Below are positions 38,735 through 48,485 of a DNA stretch of 64,000 nt, piece by piece (positions within the stretch are counted from its first letter, which is position 1; each line of letters starts with the position of its first letter). The stretch covers positions 32,001 through 96,000 of the forward strand of contig OY969414.1 in NCBI GenBank assembly GCA_963699155.1, in the 5' to 3' direction. The notes beneath the pieces were generated by a model. The model made no database searches. It was not told where the DNA came from and saw nothing but the letters and a program-made list of their open reading frames with translations. The DNA comes from an uncultured Chlamydiales bacterium. Its GTDB lineage: Bacteria; Chlamydiota; Chlamydiia; Chlamydiales; JAAKFR01. A program made the translations under genes and the position numbers.

Positions 38735-38904
38735 GGGGCTGTATTGAAAAATTTAAGCCGCTCGAATTTAGCCAGATTTGGCCTCCAGTTTTGGAAGCAC
38801 GAGTGAAGAAGATAGCCCCAGCGCTATCTTCGATCGAGTGGTTAAAAAAATGGAGGACCAAAGATGGTTAAAGGCGAGCAGCTTAAATTTTTCAACACAG
38901 CCTC
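38735..38904. mobile_element. 170-bp palindromic MITE
   Basis: 30-bp terminal inverted repeats with 3 mismatches (ggggctgtattgaaaaatttaagccgctcg / cgagcagcttaaatttttcaacacagcctc); AAATA repeated on both sides (38730-38734, 38905-38909). Confidence 0.8.
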
Positions 38905-38921
38905 AAATAGGTGATAGTTAG

Positions 38922-40118
38922 ATGATCCGAGCCATCCTTGCAGCTCTCTTTATTGCTGGGATTTGCATTGGGATTGCCTATTTTAATGTCCCGATTTTGA
39001 CAGGAATCATCGGCTTCATTCCAGGCACGGTGATGACTGTCATTGTCTGGGTTTTTACCCTTTCGATCTGTTTACTTTACGCTGAGGCCACCCTGACACA
39101 ACCGGATGGCGCTAATTTGGCCTCAATCTCATACGCCTTGCTGGGCCGTACCTGGATGGTCATCCTCTCGATTTTCTTCATCATCAATGTGATTTCCTAC
39201 CTTGCCTCTTACGCCTATGTCACCACGGAATTCTTGCAATGGTTCTTTCAAGACCGCTGGCACCATATCCTTCCCCCCTTTGCTGCTGAACTCTTGAGCC
39301 TTCTTCCTCCCCTCATTATCATCTATCTCGGCGTCAAATTTTCCATTCATGTTCAAGCCCTCTTGATGGTCGGCCTCTTCGTCTCCTTTATCCTACTCTG
39401 TTACTGGGGAAGTGGGTCTGTGGTCCCAAGCCGTCTTCTTGAATCTCAGTGGACCTACACGATTTTCTCGGTGCCAATTTTGTTCAGCGCTTTCGGCTTT
39501 GCGGGGATTGTTCCTGTCATCTGTACCTATCTTAAACGCAATCCTTTCCATATCAAATTCGCCCTCTGGATCGGAAGTGTCATCCCATTGATCATCTATA
39601 TTTTTTGGCAGTGGTTCATGCTCGGATCCTTCTCATCAGACAACTTTTGGGTCCTATTTGAAAAAAAAGCCTCTCTTGATTCGGTTGTCGCACTAGCTCA
39701 AACGATTCCCCATATCATCTACCCTCTGAATTATCTCATCTTTTTCTCGATGATCACTTCTCTGATCGGCAATGGGACCACGATGGTCGAATTTTTTAGC
39801 GACCTCTTTAAAATTCCTCTCCAAGAAAGAAAGGGATGGATCCGTTTAGGTTTAAGCTGCCTTGTCTTTGCACTCACCTTTCTTGCCTCTTTCTACAAAG
39901 GACAATTCTTTGTCTCACTCGTTCAGACCGTGACCGCTTCTTTGGGAGCCTTTTTGACCAACGGGATCATCCCCCTTATCATGGTGATTCAAGCCCGCTA
40001 TTTCTATAAACTTCAAACCCCTCGCCTCTTGGGCGGGGGCACCGTTACCCTATTCTTACTCGGATCCGGCCTTCTCCTTCTGCTCTATTTGGAAGGCGTT
40101 GACTATATTAGTTATTAA
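38922..40118 (+). CDS. Aromatic/hydroxy amino-acid permease (TyrP/Mtr-like), paralog 1
   Basis: ~11 TM helices; LLYAEATL..PDGANLASIS, PILFSAFGF.GIVP, FFSDLF. Confidence 0.8.
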   Translation: MIRAILAALFIAGICIGIAYFNVPILTGIIGFIPGTVMTVIVWVFTLSICLLYAEATLTQPDGANLASISYALLGRTWMVILSIFFIINVISYLASYAYVTTEFLQWFFQDRWHHILPPFAAELLSLLPPLIIIYLGVKFSIHVQALLMVGLFVSFILLCYWGSGSVVPSRLLESQWTYTIFSVPILFSAFGFAGIVPVICTYLKRNPFHIKFALWIGSVIPLIIYIFWQWFMLGSFSSDNFWVLFEKKASLDSVVALAQTIPHIIYPLNYLIFFSMITSLIGNGTTMVEFFSDLFKIPLQERKGWIRLGLSCLVFALTFLASFYKGQFFVSLVQTVTASLGAFLTNGIIPLIMVIQARYFYKLQTPRLLGGGTVTLFLLGSGLLLLLYLEGVDYISY

Positions 40119-40135
40119 TTTTATCTCTTGGTCTC

Positions 40136-41332
40136 ATGTGGCGCTCTGTTGGTGCAGCTTTTTTTATCTTCGCTTTCTGCACAGGAACCAGCTTCATCAC
40201 ACTCCCATTCACTGTCAGCCATGCCGGTTTTTGGCCCTCTGTAGTCGCTCTCTTCGTCTCCTGGCTTTTTCTCATTTTCACAGCATTCTATTACCTCGAA
40301 GCTGTTTTAACGATGCCTCCAGGCGCCAATATCGCATCGATCTCTAGGCGCTACTCTTCCCGTTCGATCGTCATCCTCAATACAATCATTTTCCTCGCTG
40401 CCTGCTACGGCTACTTGCTAACAACTTTCTGCTTCGGCATTCCGATGCTCATTTCTCTTTTAGAGTTTTATCAGATCCCTGCACCACAATTCTTGGCCTA
40501 TCTTTTTTTCGCTCTGGCCCTCTTTGTCACGGTCGCTATCAGCGTGCGCTGCGCTGTCATCGTCAACTTCTTCCTGCTCATTTTATTGGGTTTTGTTTTT
40601 TACTTCTCTTTTCGTTCAGGTCTTGTCGCCTACAAACCTGAGACCCTCAACCATTTCACAGCAGCTTACCTCTTTGTTGTCATCCCCTCCCTCCTAAATT
40701 CTCTCTTCTTCCAGGTCATGATTCCCACCCTGGCAAACTTTTTAAACTACAGTGTGAATCGTTTGCGAATGGTCATACTGAGTGGAGTGACACTGGCAAC
40801 TCTTCTCTTTATCGCTTGGCTCTGGTTGGTCATTACCTCGACCGGTACCAAGAGCTTTGGAAACATCAATTGGCTGGCTCCCAAAACTGTCAATTTTCTC
40901 AAACTCTACCATGTCGAAGGGATCGGTCATTGGCTACCCTCACTGCTGATCCTCATTCTAACAACCAGCTCGATCGGAGCAGGGACAATCATGGTCGACT
41001 TCTTCTCCGACCTCTTTCGAATTCCATCAGAGGAGAGAAAGGGAGTCAAAAGAGTCCTCTTGGCGCTGCTGATCTTTCTGCCCCCTCTTCTAGCTTCTTA
41101 TCTACCCACTCCACTTCTGCTCAAAGTGATGATCTATATCACCGATGTGGGTGGTCTCTACCTCTGTGGGATCCTCCCCATCTGGTGGATCTGGACCATT
41201 CGCTATTACCATCAGGTGAAAACAAAAAATTTAGTTCCCGGCGGAAAGGTGACCCTGACCATTTTAACCATCTTGGCCTTCTTTTTCCTCTACCTAGTTG
41301 GCCTCGAATTCCTCTATCAAGCCCTGATTTAA
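40136..41332 (+). CDS. Aromatic/hydroxy amino-acid permease (TyrP/Mtr-like), paralog 2
   Basis: Same length (398 aa) and motifs as paralog 1 (YLEAVL..PPGANIASIS, IPTL, FFSDLF.IP..ERKG, VPGGK). Confidence 0.8.
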   Translation: MWRSVGAAFFIFAFCTGTSFITLPFTVSHAGFWPSVVALFVSWLFLIFTAFYYLEAVLTMPPGANIASISRRYSSRSIVILNTIIFLAACYGYLLTTFCFGIPMLISLLEFYQIPAPQFLAYLFFALALFVTVAISVRCAVIVNFFLLILLGFVFYFSFRSGLVAYKPETLNHFTAAYLFVVIPSLLNSLFFQVMIPTLANFLNYSVNRLRMVILSGVTLATLLFIAWLWLVITSTGTKSFGNINWLAPKTVNFLKLYHVEGIGHWLPSLLILILTTSSIGAGTIMVDFFSDLFRIPSEERKGVKRVLLALLIFLPPLLASYLPTPLLLKVMIYITDVGGLYLCGILPIWWIWTIRYYHQVKTKNLVPGGKVTLTILTILAFFFLYLVGLEFLYQALI

Positions 41333-41399
41333 TTGGACTTTGTGGATAAACAGTCCCTCTGATATACTGTCCAACTAAAAACAGAATTTGAGGCATCGG

Positions 41400-42116
41400 A
41401 TGGCCCTTCCAGAATCCACAAAGAACTCGCTTTTGCAGTTTTTGCAAGAAAGACGCTCACCAGAGCTCCTTGCAGCCTATCTTTTTTATCTAGAGCAGCA
41501 CTTTCATCTGCAACCAGTCGTCTTTGTCAGAGATAAAATCATCTATCAAAGCGCCGATACGGCCATTAAGAAATTGGAAGGGGAAGGAAAAGTTTGGCGC
41601 GAAACTGAAATTAAGATCGGGTATGGTCCTCCCTCTGTCAATGACCAGACAAAAAAAATCTATATCTGCCCCTTTACAGGAAAAGTTTTTGCTGACAATA
41701 CCCATCCCAATCCCCAAGATGCGATCTATGATTGGGTCTCAAAATGCCCTGAAAATACAGAGAGAATCGGTGGCGTACCTGCTAAACGCTTCTTCGTTTC
41801 TGAAGATCTTGAAGTGATCCGCAACTACATCAAACCCCCTAAACAGCCGATCTCGAAAACTGTCTTCTCTTCTGCCGTGACTGGGAAACTCTTCAATTCG
41901 AAAGAGGCCGTCATCAGAGATTTTAAAGAGCACTATTTGAAACCGATGACACTGGTGGAGGTTCAGAACCAGAACCGGTTCCAACTCGAAGACTCCTTCC
42001 TCAACTTCATCCAAGACCATCTCCAAGAAGATAAAATCGCCTCATTTGTTGAAAATTTAGCGGAAGATCCCGCCTTTCATCCCTATGTCAATAAATGGGT
42101 CGAGGCAGCTGAGTAA
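41400..42116 (+). CDS. Conserved chlamydial protein (DUF2709-like)
   Basis: KKIYICPFTGKVFADN, NPQDAIYDWVS.CPEN; upstream of tsaE as in chlamydiae. Confidence 0.8.
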   Translation: MALPESTKNSLLQFLQERRSPELLAAYLFYLEQHFHLQPVVFVRDKIIYQSADTAIKKLEGEGKVWRETEIKIGYGPPSVNDQTKKIYICPFTGKVFADNTHPNPQDAIYDWVSKCPENTERIGGVPAKRFFVSEDLEVIRNYIKPPKQPISKTVFSSAVTGKLFNSKEAVIRDFKEHYLKPMTLVEVQNQNRFQLEDSFLNFIQDHLQEDKIASFVENLAEDPAFHPYVNKWVEAAE

Positions 42117-42579
42117 AACCGAAATTACTACTTCGGCAGAAGAAACTATTGCCTGGGGAAAAGAGCTCGCCAAAGAGCTGCGACCTGGTGCTGTGGTTTG
42201 CCTTTTTGGCGATTTAGGGGCGGGAAAGACAACACTGATAAAAGGAATCGTGGAGGCGGTGACAGGGAATAATGCTGACTCTGTCTGCAGCCCTACCTTT
42301 TCTTATTTAAATATCTATCCTGGCCCCTGTCCGGTTTATCATTTTGATCTCTATCGACTCCAGGATGCCGAGGATTTTATCAGCATGGGATTTGAAGAAT
42401 ACCTTCTAGGCGAAGGGATCTGCTGTGTGGAGTGGAGCGAAAGAATCGAAACCATCCTGCCCTCCCACTGCCTCAAAATCAGCCTAGAATATGGTGGAGA
42501 AGAGGAGAGAAAGATTCATTATGAAGTTCCAAGACGCTCACTTTCTGATCACGGTTGCCAATGCCGAGGATCTTCCTGA
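42085..42579 (+). CDS. tsaE: tRNA threonylcarbamoyladenosine biosynthesis ATPase (start uncertain)
   Basis: GDLGAGKTT, SPTF, HFDLYRL, VEWSE. Confidence 0.95.
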   Translation: MSINGSRQLSKTEITTSAEETIAWGKELAKELRPGAVVCLFGDLGAGKTTLIKGIVEAVTGNNADSVCSPTFSYLNIYPGPCPVYHFDLYRLQDAEDFISMGFEEYLLGEGICCVEWSERIETILPSHCLKISLEYGGEEERKIHYEVPRRSLSDHGCQCRGSS

Positions 42580-43108
42580 CAATGAGAAGTTCCCTGAAAT
42601 TGCTGTCCTAGGGCGCTCCAACGTAGGAAAATCGTCCCTGCTCAACAATCTTTTTGGCTCCAAAAACTTGGTAAAAACCTCCTCCACGCCAGGGAAAACA
42701 CGCGCTCTCAACTTTTTTCTCGTCGACAAACAGCTCATTTTTGTCGATATGCCCGGTTATGGTTATGCTGAGGCTTCTGCCCAAGAAAAAAAACGGTGGG
42801 CCAGCCTGATGGAACACTATTTAAACTCGCGCACCGCGCTAAAAGCCCTTCTCTTTCTCTTCGATATCCGCCGGACTCCAGGGGCCGAGGACCTTCAAAT
42901 GCTAGAATGGATCCGCTATAGAGAGTTGCCTACTCTTCTCATTCTGACCAAAGTAGACAAAGTGGGGCAATCGGAAAAGGTCCTTCAGACCCGGCGAATA
43001 ACCGATAGGATAAAAGAGATCCCCTATGTACACTATTCTGCAACGAAAAATGTGGGGAGAAAGGAATTGATCGCGCAGATTACAGGGTATGTTCATGGTG
43101 CTGCTTAA
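42521..43108 (+). CDS. engB: Ribosome biogenesis GTPase EngB/YihA
   Basis: GRSNVGKSS, SSTPGKT, VDMPGYGY, TKVDK. Confidence 0.95.
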   Translation: MKFQDAHFLITVANAEDLPDNEKFPEIAVLGRSNVGKSSLLNNLFGSKNLVKTSSTPGKTRALNFFLVDKQLIFVDMPGYGYAEASAQEKKRWASLMEHYLNSRTALKALLFLFDIRRTPGAEDLQMLEWIRYRELPTLLILTKVDKVGQSEKVLQTRRITDRIKEIPYVHYSATKNVGRKELIAQITGYVHGAA

Positions 43109-43844
43109 ACAGGCAACCCTCGTCTGTCTCGATTGCGAGTTTACGGGGCTCGATCCGGAAAATGACCGCATTATCGAGTTGGCAGCCGCCAAATTCAATG
43201 GCACAGAGATCCTCGATACGATCGACCTCCTAGTCAGTCCTGGCTGCGCCATCTCTCCAGCCTCCCTCGCCATCCACCATATCACCGAAGAGATGGTAAA
43301 GGCGAAGCCTCCCATCGAAGCGATTCTTCCCCAGTTTTTCAATTTTATCGGTCAGAGCACCATCGTCGGCCACGCTGTCGGCTGCGACCTCGATATGTTG
43401 GAAAAGGCAGCCGGAAGAGCAACCATCCACTATCCCCTCAAATCGCGTTCCTATATCGACACGTTGAGGCTGGCCCGTCTTTATGGGGATAGCCCCAATA
43501 ACTCGTTAGAAAGCCTTGCCACCCATTTCAATGTTCCCAATCCTGGCTCCCATCGCGCCCTCAATGATGTGATGATGAATATCGAAGTCTTCAAACACCT
43601 TGTCCGTAAGTATCAGACCCTTGACCAGCTCTTCCAGCTCCTCTCCCATCCTATCAAGATGAAATATATGCCACTCGGTAAACACAAAGGGAGATTATTC
43701 GGCGAAATTCCTCTTCAGTATCTCCAGTGGGCTGCTCATATGGATTTCGATCAGGATCTTCTTTTCACCATTCGGACAGAATTAAAAAAACGGAAGAAGG
43801 GAGGCGCCTTTGGACAGGCCGCAAACCCTTTTGCCGAACTATAG
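43089..43844 (+). CDS. dnaQ: DnaQ-like DEDDh 3'-5' exonuclease with C-terminal MPxGK domain
   Basis: LDCEFTGL, VGH...D, IDTLRLAR, HRALND; YMPLGKHKG..EIPLQYLQW. Confidence 0.88.
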   Translation: MFMVLLKQATLVCLDCEFTGLDPENDRIIELAAAKFNGTEILDTIDLLVSPGCAISPASLAIHHITEEMVKAKPPIEAILPQFFNFIGQSTIVGHAVGCDLDMLEKAAGRATIHYPLKSRSYIDTLRLARLYGDSPNNSLESLATHFNVPNPGSHRALNDVMMNIEVFKHLVRKYQTLDQLFQLLSHPIKMKYMPLGKHKGRLFGEIPLQYLQWAAHMDFDQDLLFTIRTELKKRKKGGAFGQAANPFAEL

Positions 43845-43853
43845 GTAAGCTCT

Positions 43854-44738
43854 ATGAAAGAAACAGGCTCCTTTGCAGTGAAATTGGGTCTCTCTGAGAT
43901 GCTCAAAGGGGGGGTTATCATGGATGTCACCACCCCTGAGCAGGCGAAGATTGCTGAGGAAGCAGGTGCCTGCGCTGTCATGGCCCTAGAGAGGATTCCC
44001 GCCGATATCCGTGCTGAGGGTGGTGTCTCCCGAATGTCTGCACCCCATCTCATCGAAGCCATTCAAGAGGCGGTGACGATCCCCATCATGGCAAAATGCA
44101 GGATCGGCCATTTTGTTGAAGCCCAAATTCTGGAGGCGCTGCAGGTCGATTTTATCGATGAAAGTGAGGTTTTGACTCCTGCCGATGAGGAGTATCATAT
44201 CGACAAGCACCCTTTCCTTATCCCTTTTGTCTGTGGAGCACGTGATCTGGGAGAGGCTCTTAGGCGCATCGGAGAGGGTGCCGCCATGATCCGCACTAAA
44301 GGCGAAGCGGGCAGTGGCAACATCGTCGAAGCGGTGCGCCATATGCGCTCCATCCAATCGGCGATCCGTCGGCTCAAAACGATGGAGAAGAGTGAACTGA
44401 TGGCAGAATCCAAACGGCTGATGGCTCCCTATGACTTAGTCTGCCAAGTGGCTGAGACGGGAAAACTCCCTGTCCCTAACTTCTCAGCTGGTGGCATCGC
44501 GACCCCAGCTGACGCAGCCCTGATGATGCAGCTTGGGGCAGAAAGCATCTTTGTCGGCTCGGGTATCTTCAAATCGAATGATCCCGCCAAAAGAGCCCGT
44601 GCTATCGTCCTTGCCGTCACCTATTATCAAGATCGGGGCAAACTCGCAACGATCTCTTCGGGATTGCTGGAAGGAATGAAAGGGATCGACTTACGCAAAC
44701 TTGCCAAAGAGGAGCTCTTGGCTCACCGTGGCTGGTAA
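43854..44738 (+). CDS. pdxS: Pyridoxal 5'-phosphate synthase, lyase subunit
   Basis: [51 protein letters not shown]. Confidence 0.98.
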   Translation: MKETGSFAVKLGLSEMLKGGVIMDVTTPEQAKIAEEAGACAVMALERIPADIRAEGGVSRMSAPHLIEAIQEAVTIPIMAKCRIGHFVEAQILEALQVDFIDESEVLTPADEEYHIDKHPFLIPFVCGARDLGEALRRIGEGAAMIRTKGEAGSGNIVEAVRHMRSIQSAIRRLKTMEKSELMAESKRLMAPYDLVCQVAETGKLPVPNFSAGGIATPADAALMMQLGAESIFVGSGIFKSNDPAKRARAIVLAVTYYQDRGKLATISSGLLEGMKGIDLRKLAKEELLAHRGW

Positions 44739-45315
44739 AATCGGTGTCCTGGCTCTTCAAGGAGCCTTTGCGAAGCATCTCTCCCTACTTCACAAATTGG
44801 AGATTCCCGCCATCGAAGTGCGCTATCCAGAGCAGCTGTCAGACTGCTGTGGGCTCATTCTCCCGGGTGGAGAATCGACCACTATGACGCGCCAGATCGC
44901 CTCTATGGCAATGGAGGAGCCTTTGCGCCACTTTGCCGAAGAATCTCCTCTTTTTGGAACCTGTGCAGGCATGATTTTGATGTCTCGAGCAGGAATCTTG
45001 TCGCTCTTGGATATCGTTGTGGACCGCAATGCCTATGGCCGGCAAGCCGATTCATTCACAACCCCTCTCACCTTTCGTGGATGCACCTTTCCTGGCTTTT
45101 TCATCCGCGCTCCGCGCATCACGGCGATTACCTCACCCGATGTCAAAGTGGTTGTCTCATACGAAAATGAAGCTGTCTGCGTCCAGCAAGGCCACCATCT
45201 CGCAGCCTCCTTCCACCCCGAATTGGCAGGTAACCCCATTTTGCATCGCTATTTTATAGAATTGTGTTATGGCGACAAGCGGGTAATGAGCCAATCGCTG
45301 TTCTCTTTGACATAG
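44728..45315 (+). CDS. pdxT: Pyridoxal 5'-phosphate synthase, glutaminase subunit
   Basis: [43 protein letters not shown] start at 44728. Confidence 0.97.
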   Translation: MAGKIGVLALQGAFAKHLSLLHKLEIPAIEVRYPEQLSDCCGLILPGGESTTMTRQIASMAMEEPLRHFAEESPLFGTCAGMILMSRAGILSLLDIVVDRNAYGRQADSFTTPLTFRGCTFPGFFIRAPRITAITSPDVKVVVSYENEAVCVQQGHHLAASFHPELAGNPILHRYFIELCYGDKRVMSQSLFSLT

Positions 45316-45908
45316 AGGAAGCGGTCGTGGAGGCGGTTAGCGCGCCCCTGCCAAAACTCTATCCTCTCAGGAATTAACCGGTACCCACCCCACATTTTCG
45401 GACAAGGAACCTCTTTTCCACGATATTTTTTCTGGAGACGACCAAATAGTTCCTCAAGCTCCTGCCGAGATGCTAGCGGGGCACTCTGATGCGAAGCAGC
45501 GGCCGCCAGTTGCGCTCCCCGAGGTCGTGAATGGAAGTAGCGGAGCGTCTCTTTCCTAGAGATCTTTTCGACCCTTCCCTCCAGACATACTTGCCGGTAG
45601 ATCTCTTTCCACCAAAAGGTGAGAGAGCCGTAGGGATTGAGCGCCAGATGTTCCCCTTTACGGCTCTCATAGCTGGTGTAAAAGACAAAACCGTGCGCAT
45701 CGAACTCCTTCAGTAAGACAGTACGCGCAGCCGGCCTCCCTACGCTGCTAACAGTCGCAAAGAGCATGCCATTCGGTTCAAAAATAGCTGCTCGGATGGC
45801 CTCCTCGAGCCAGATGTGGAACTGGGCAATCGGATCCTCCTGCAAACTCTCTTCTAAGAGAGGTTCATTCCCATACTCCCAGCGCAACTTCGCTATAGAA
45901 CGTTTCAT
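45267..45908 (-). CDS. pdxH: Pyridoxine/pyridoxamine 5'-phosphate oxidase
   Basis: RTVLLK, FYTSYESRKG, YFHSRP, WGGYR, EFWQGRANRLHDR, RLSP. Confidence 0.97.
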   Translation of the reverse strand: MKRSIAKLRWEYGNEPLLEESLQEDPIAQFHIWLEEAIRAAIFEPNGMLFATVSSVGRPAARTVLLKEFDAHGFVFYTSYESRKGEHLALNPYGSLTFWWKEIYRQVCLEGRVEKISRKETLRYFHSRPRGAQLAAAASHQSAPLASRQELEELFGRLQKKYRGKEVPCPKMWGGYRLIPERIEFWQGRANRLHDRFLYVKENSDWLITRLSP

Positions 45909-45930
45909 ATACCTATGCTATATCAATGTT

Positions 45931-47142
45931 ATGACAAAATTAACTATTCAAGATTTAGACATCAAAGGGAAAAAGGTACTGCTGAGAGCCGATCTCAATG
46001 TGCCTCTCGACGGGGATAACAATATAAGTGATGCCTCACGTATCGAGGCGAGCCTTCCCTCCATTCAATACATTCTCGATCATGGCGGCGCAGTGATTCT
46101 GATGAGCCACTTGGGGCGTCCGCGCGGAGCTCCGCTCGCCGATCTCTCATTAGCACCTATTGCCCACTTTCTGAAAGCAGTGCTGGCGGCGCCTGTTACC
46201 CTGGCTCCTAATTGCATCGGGAGCAAGGTGCAGGAGAAGGTTGACGCGCTCAAGCCGGGCGAGGTTCTGCTACTCGAAAATTTAAGATTCCATCGCGCTG
46301 AAGAACATCCTGAAGAGGACCCTTCCTTCGCTAAAGAGTTAGCGAGCTATGGCGACTGCTATGTCAACGATGCCTTTGGATCTGCCCACCGCAAACATAG
46401 CTCCACCTACACGATTGCACAATACTTCCCCGGGAAAGCTGCAGCAGGCATTCTCATGGAACAGGAGATCCGCTTTTTAGGGAAACTGGTAACAAATCCC
46501 GAAAGACCCTTTGTGACACTGCTTGGTGGGGCCAAAATTTCAAGTAAACTGGGTCTCATCAAAGCATTATTGACAAAAGCAGATCGTCTCTTGATCGGTG
46601 GCGGAATGACCTACACTTTCTTAAAAGCCCAAGGGATTGCCACAGGTGATTCTCCGGTGGAGGAGGAGCTCGTACCCTTAGCCGGCTCTTTGATCAAAGA
46701 TTATGGTGATCGCCTCGTTTTGCCAGAAGATTTAGTAATCGCTGCTGACTGCAGGGAGAATGCCCCTGCGAAAACGATTATTTGCCAAGAAGGCATTCCT
46801 CCTGGCTACCAAGGGGTCGATATCGGACCTAAAACCCTCGAAACATTTAAAGCGCTGCTCGCCCCTGCCAAAACGGTACTCTGGAATGGCCCTCTCGGTA
46901 TTTATGAATGTGAAAGCTTTGCCAAAGGCACCCTAGGGATTGCCCACTATCTCGCCACTCTCAAAGCCACTACAGTGGTCGGTGGAGGCGATTCGATCGC
47001 TGCCATCAATCAGGCCGATGTTGCCGACAAAATCACCCATCTCTCCACCGGCGGCGGCGCCACCCTAGAATTTCTCGAATATGGCACCCTCCCCGGCATC
47101 GATGCCCTCTCCGACAAGAAAAGTCAGCCAGTCGGCAGTTAA
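45931..47142 (+). CDS. pgk: Phosphoglycerate kinase
   Basis: RADLNVP, SHLGRP, LLENLRF, NDAFGSAHR, WNGP, GGGDS, STGGGA. Confidence 0.98.
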   Translation: MTKLTIQDLDIKGKKVLLRADLNVPLDGDNNISDASRIEASLPSIQYILDHGGAVILMSHLGRPRGAPLADLSLAPIAHFLKAVLAAPVTLAPNCIGSKVQEKVDALKPGEVLLLENLRFHRAEEHPEEDPSFAKELASYGDCYVNDAFGSAHRKHSSTYTIAQYFPGKAAAGILMEQEIRFLGKLVTNPERPFVTLLGGAKISSKLGLIKALLTKADRLLIGGGMTYTFLKAQGIATGDSPVEEELVPLAGSLIKDYGDRLVLPEDLVIAADCRENAPAKTIICQEGIPPGYQGVDIGPKTLETFKALLAPAKTVLWNGPLGIYECESFAKGTLGIAHYLATLKATTVVGGGDSIAAINQADVADKITHLSTGGGATLEFLEYGTLPGIDALSDKKSQPVGS

Positions 47143-47146
47143 GCGA

Positions 47147-47732
47147 TCATTCAAGAGTTCTAAGCTTTTGCCAATAAAAGAATAAGGCATTAACCCCCGA
47201 ATCAAAATCATGGTCGAGCTCACATTCCCGCGCCATCTCACTAAACGATTGTCTCCAGTTATTTGGAGGTTTGGGCAATTGGAGAGGTACTCTCGATTCA
47301 CCACAGCGATGAAAAGTATTCTGCAGGCATAGTAGGAAATCGAAATCCCCCATAGGGAGCTGATTCGATTAATTTTGCTGCAGGCTCTATACGAAAGAGA
47401 AAATAATCCTCCATCTCGAGCATCGCATTCTTTTGCAGTTCCTCAAGGAGAAATGCAGACTGCACATCAGCCGTCCCTTTCATCTTCAACTGCATCGCCA
47501 AGTCGAGATCCTTCGTAGCACGTGCCACATTAAGTCGAGTTTCTAATGCATATCCTCCCTTTAACAACCAGAGGCAAGGCTTGTTTAAGAACAACCGCGC
47601 CAAAAATCGTTCAAACGCGACCTTCCTGCGTACCCTTTCGAGGTCCATCCCACTTTCTTTTGAAAAGGTTTGTAACCGTACTTCTAAACTTTGTCGAAAA
47701 CTTGCAGGAGAAGAAAATGTCTTATTCATCAC
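47147..47732 (-). pseudogene. abiEii: AbiEii-family nucleotidyltransferase toxin, internally deleted and frameshifted
   Basis: N-terminal LLKGGYALE..RATKDLD motif (47298-47732) joined out of frame near 47335 to a C-terminal-like piece TFHR..VPLQLPKPPNNWRQSF..MAREC (47147-47353 frame). Confidence 0.75.
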
Positions 47733-48334
47733 TTTGTCACCCTATTCACAATACGCTTAATCCGTTCCGAATTCGATTCGAGGTCCAGTTTCGTGAGAAA
47801 TGCCAGGGAGATCACTCCCTTTTGCAATCCATCTGACAGGGCTTGCATAACAATTTCATCGGAAATCGTCTCATCCAAAAGTACATCACAAATTGTCCTT
47901 TCGGGAGTTGTAACTCTGTATCCCTCAAACTCAGACACCTCCTTCTCTTCAAGCTTGTCGAAATGGAGCCTTAAGCTTTTAGGAGGTTTATGAAATCTCC
48001 GAAAATGCTTCGGAACCGTAAAGTGATAAAAAGCAGGCATTGCATCACTCAAATTGTGAATCGCCAAAGCGGTTTGATGAGAAAAAACACCTTCCACCTT
48101 TCCCAATCGATTGCAGGACCACAAGCTCCAATAAACTAAGTCAGCCCGCTCACCAATTGGATAATTGGCCAGTCGATAGATGCCACGCCCCTCTCGAATC
48201 CATCTTCCTCTCTTTACATGATAAGAAAACCTACTATCCGAATAACCTGCCTCTTTTGCTTGGCGGGCTGTAAAATGCCCTTGTTGAAGACTGGCTATTT
48301 GATAAAGATGGTCTTCCATTTCACTTGCTTTCAT
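47729..48334 (-). CDS. abiEi: Type IV toxin-antitoxin antitoxin, AbiEi family
   Basis: IASLQQGHFTARQA wHTH, RGIYRL, SHQTALAIH, VTTPERTICD; stop overlaps the toxin start. Confidence 0.88.
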   Translation of the reverse strand: MKASEMEDHLYQIASLQQGHFTARQAKEAGYSDSRFSYHVKRGRWIREGRGIYRLANYPIGERADLVYWSLWSCNRLGKVEGVFSHQTALAIHNLSDAMPAFYHFTVPKHFRRFHKPPKSLRLHFDKLEEKEVSEFEGYRVTTPERTICDVLLDETISDEIVMQALSDGLQKGVISLAFLTKLDLESNSERIKRIVNRVTK

Positions 48335-48370
48335 GTATAAATCCTAACTAATGGTTAGGTTTTATGTCAA
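48335..48370 (-). promoter_or_regulatory. Sigma-66-type promoter of abiE with overlapping inverted-repeat operator
   Basis: Minus strand TTGACA-N18-TAGGAT-N6-ATG; IR ataaatcctaac (48337-48348) / gttaggttttat (48354-48365), 1 mismatch. Confidence 0.7.
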
Positions 48371-48485
48371 TACCCCCCCCCGTACTGGGAAAACAGATCA
48401 ACCTTCGCTATAGTAATTCCAGTTGTTTTTTTATTAGTTCTTAATAATTTTAGTAAATACTTATACCTAAACAGGAAAAATAAAG

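Noticed and set aside
38593..38871. ORFs 38593-38871 and 38556-38861
   Set aside because: They overlap tRNA-Leu and the MITE and are spurious.
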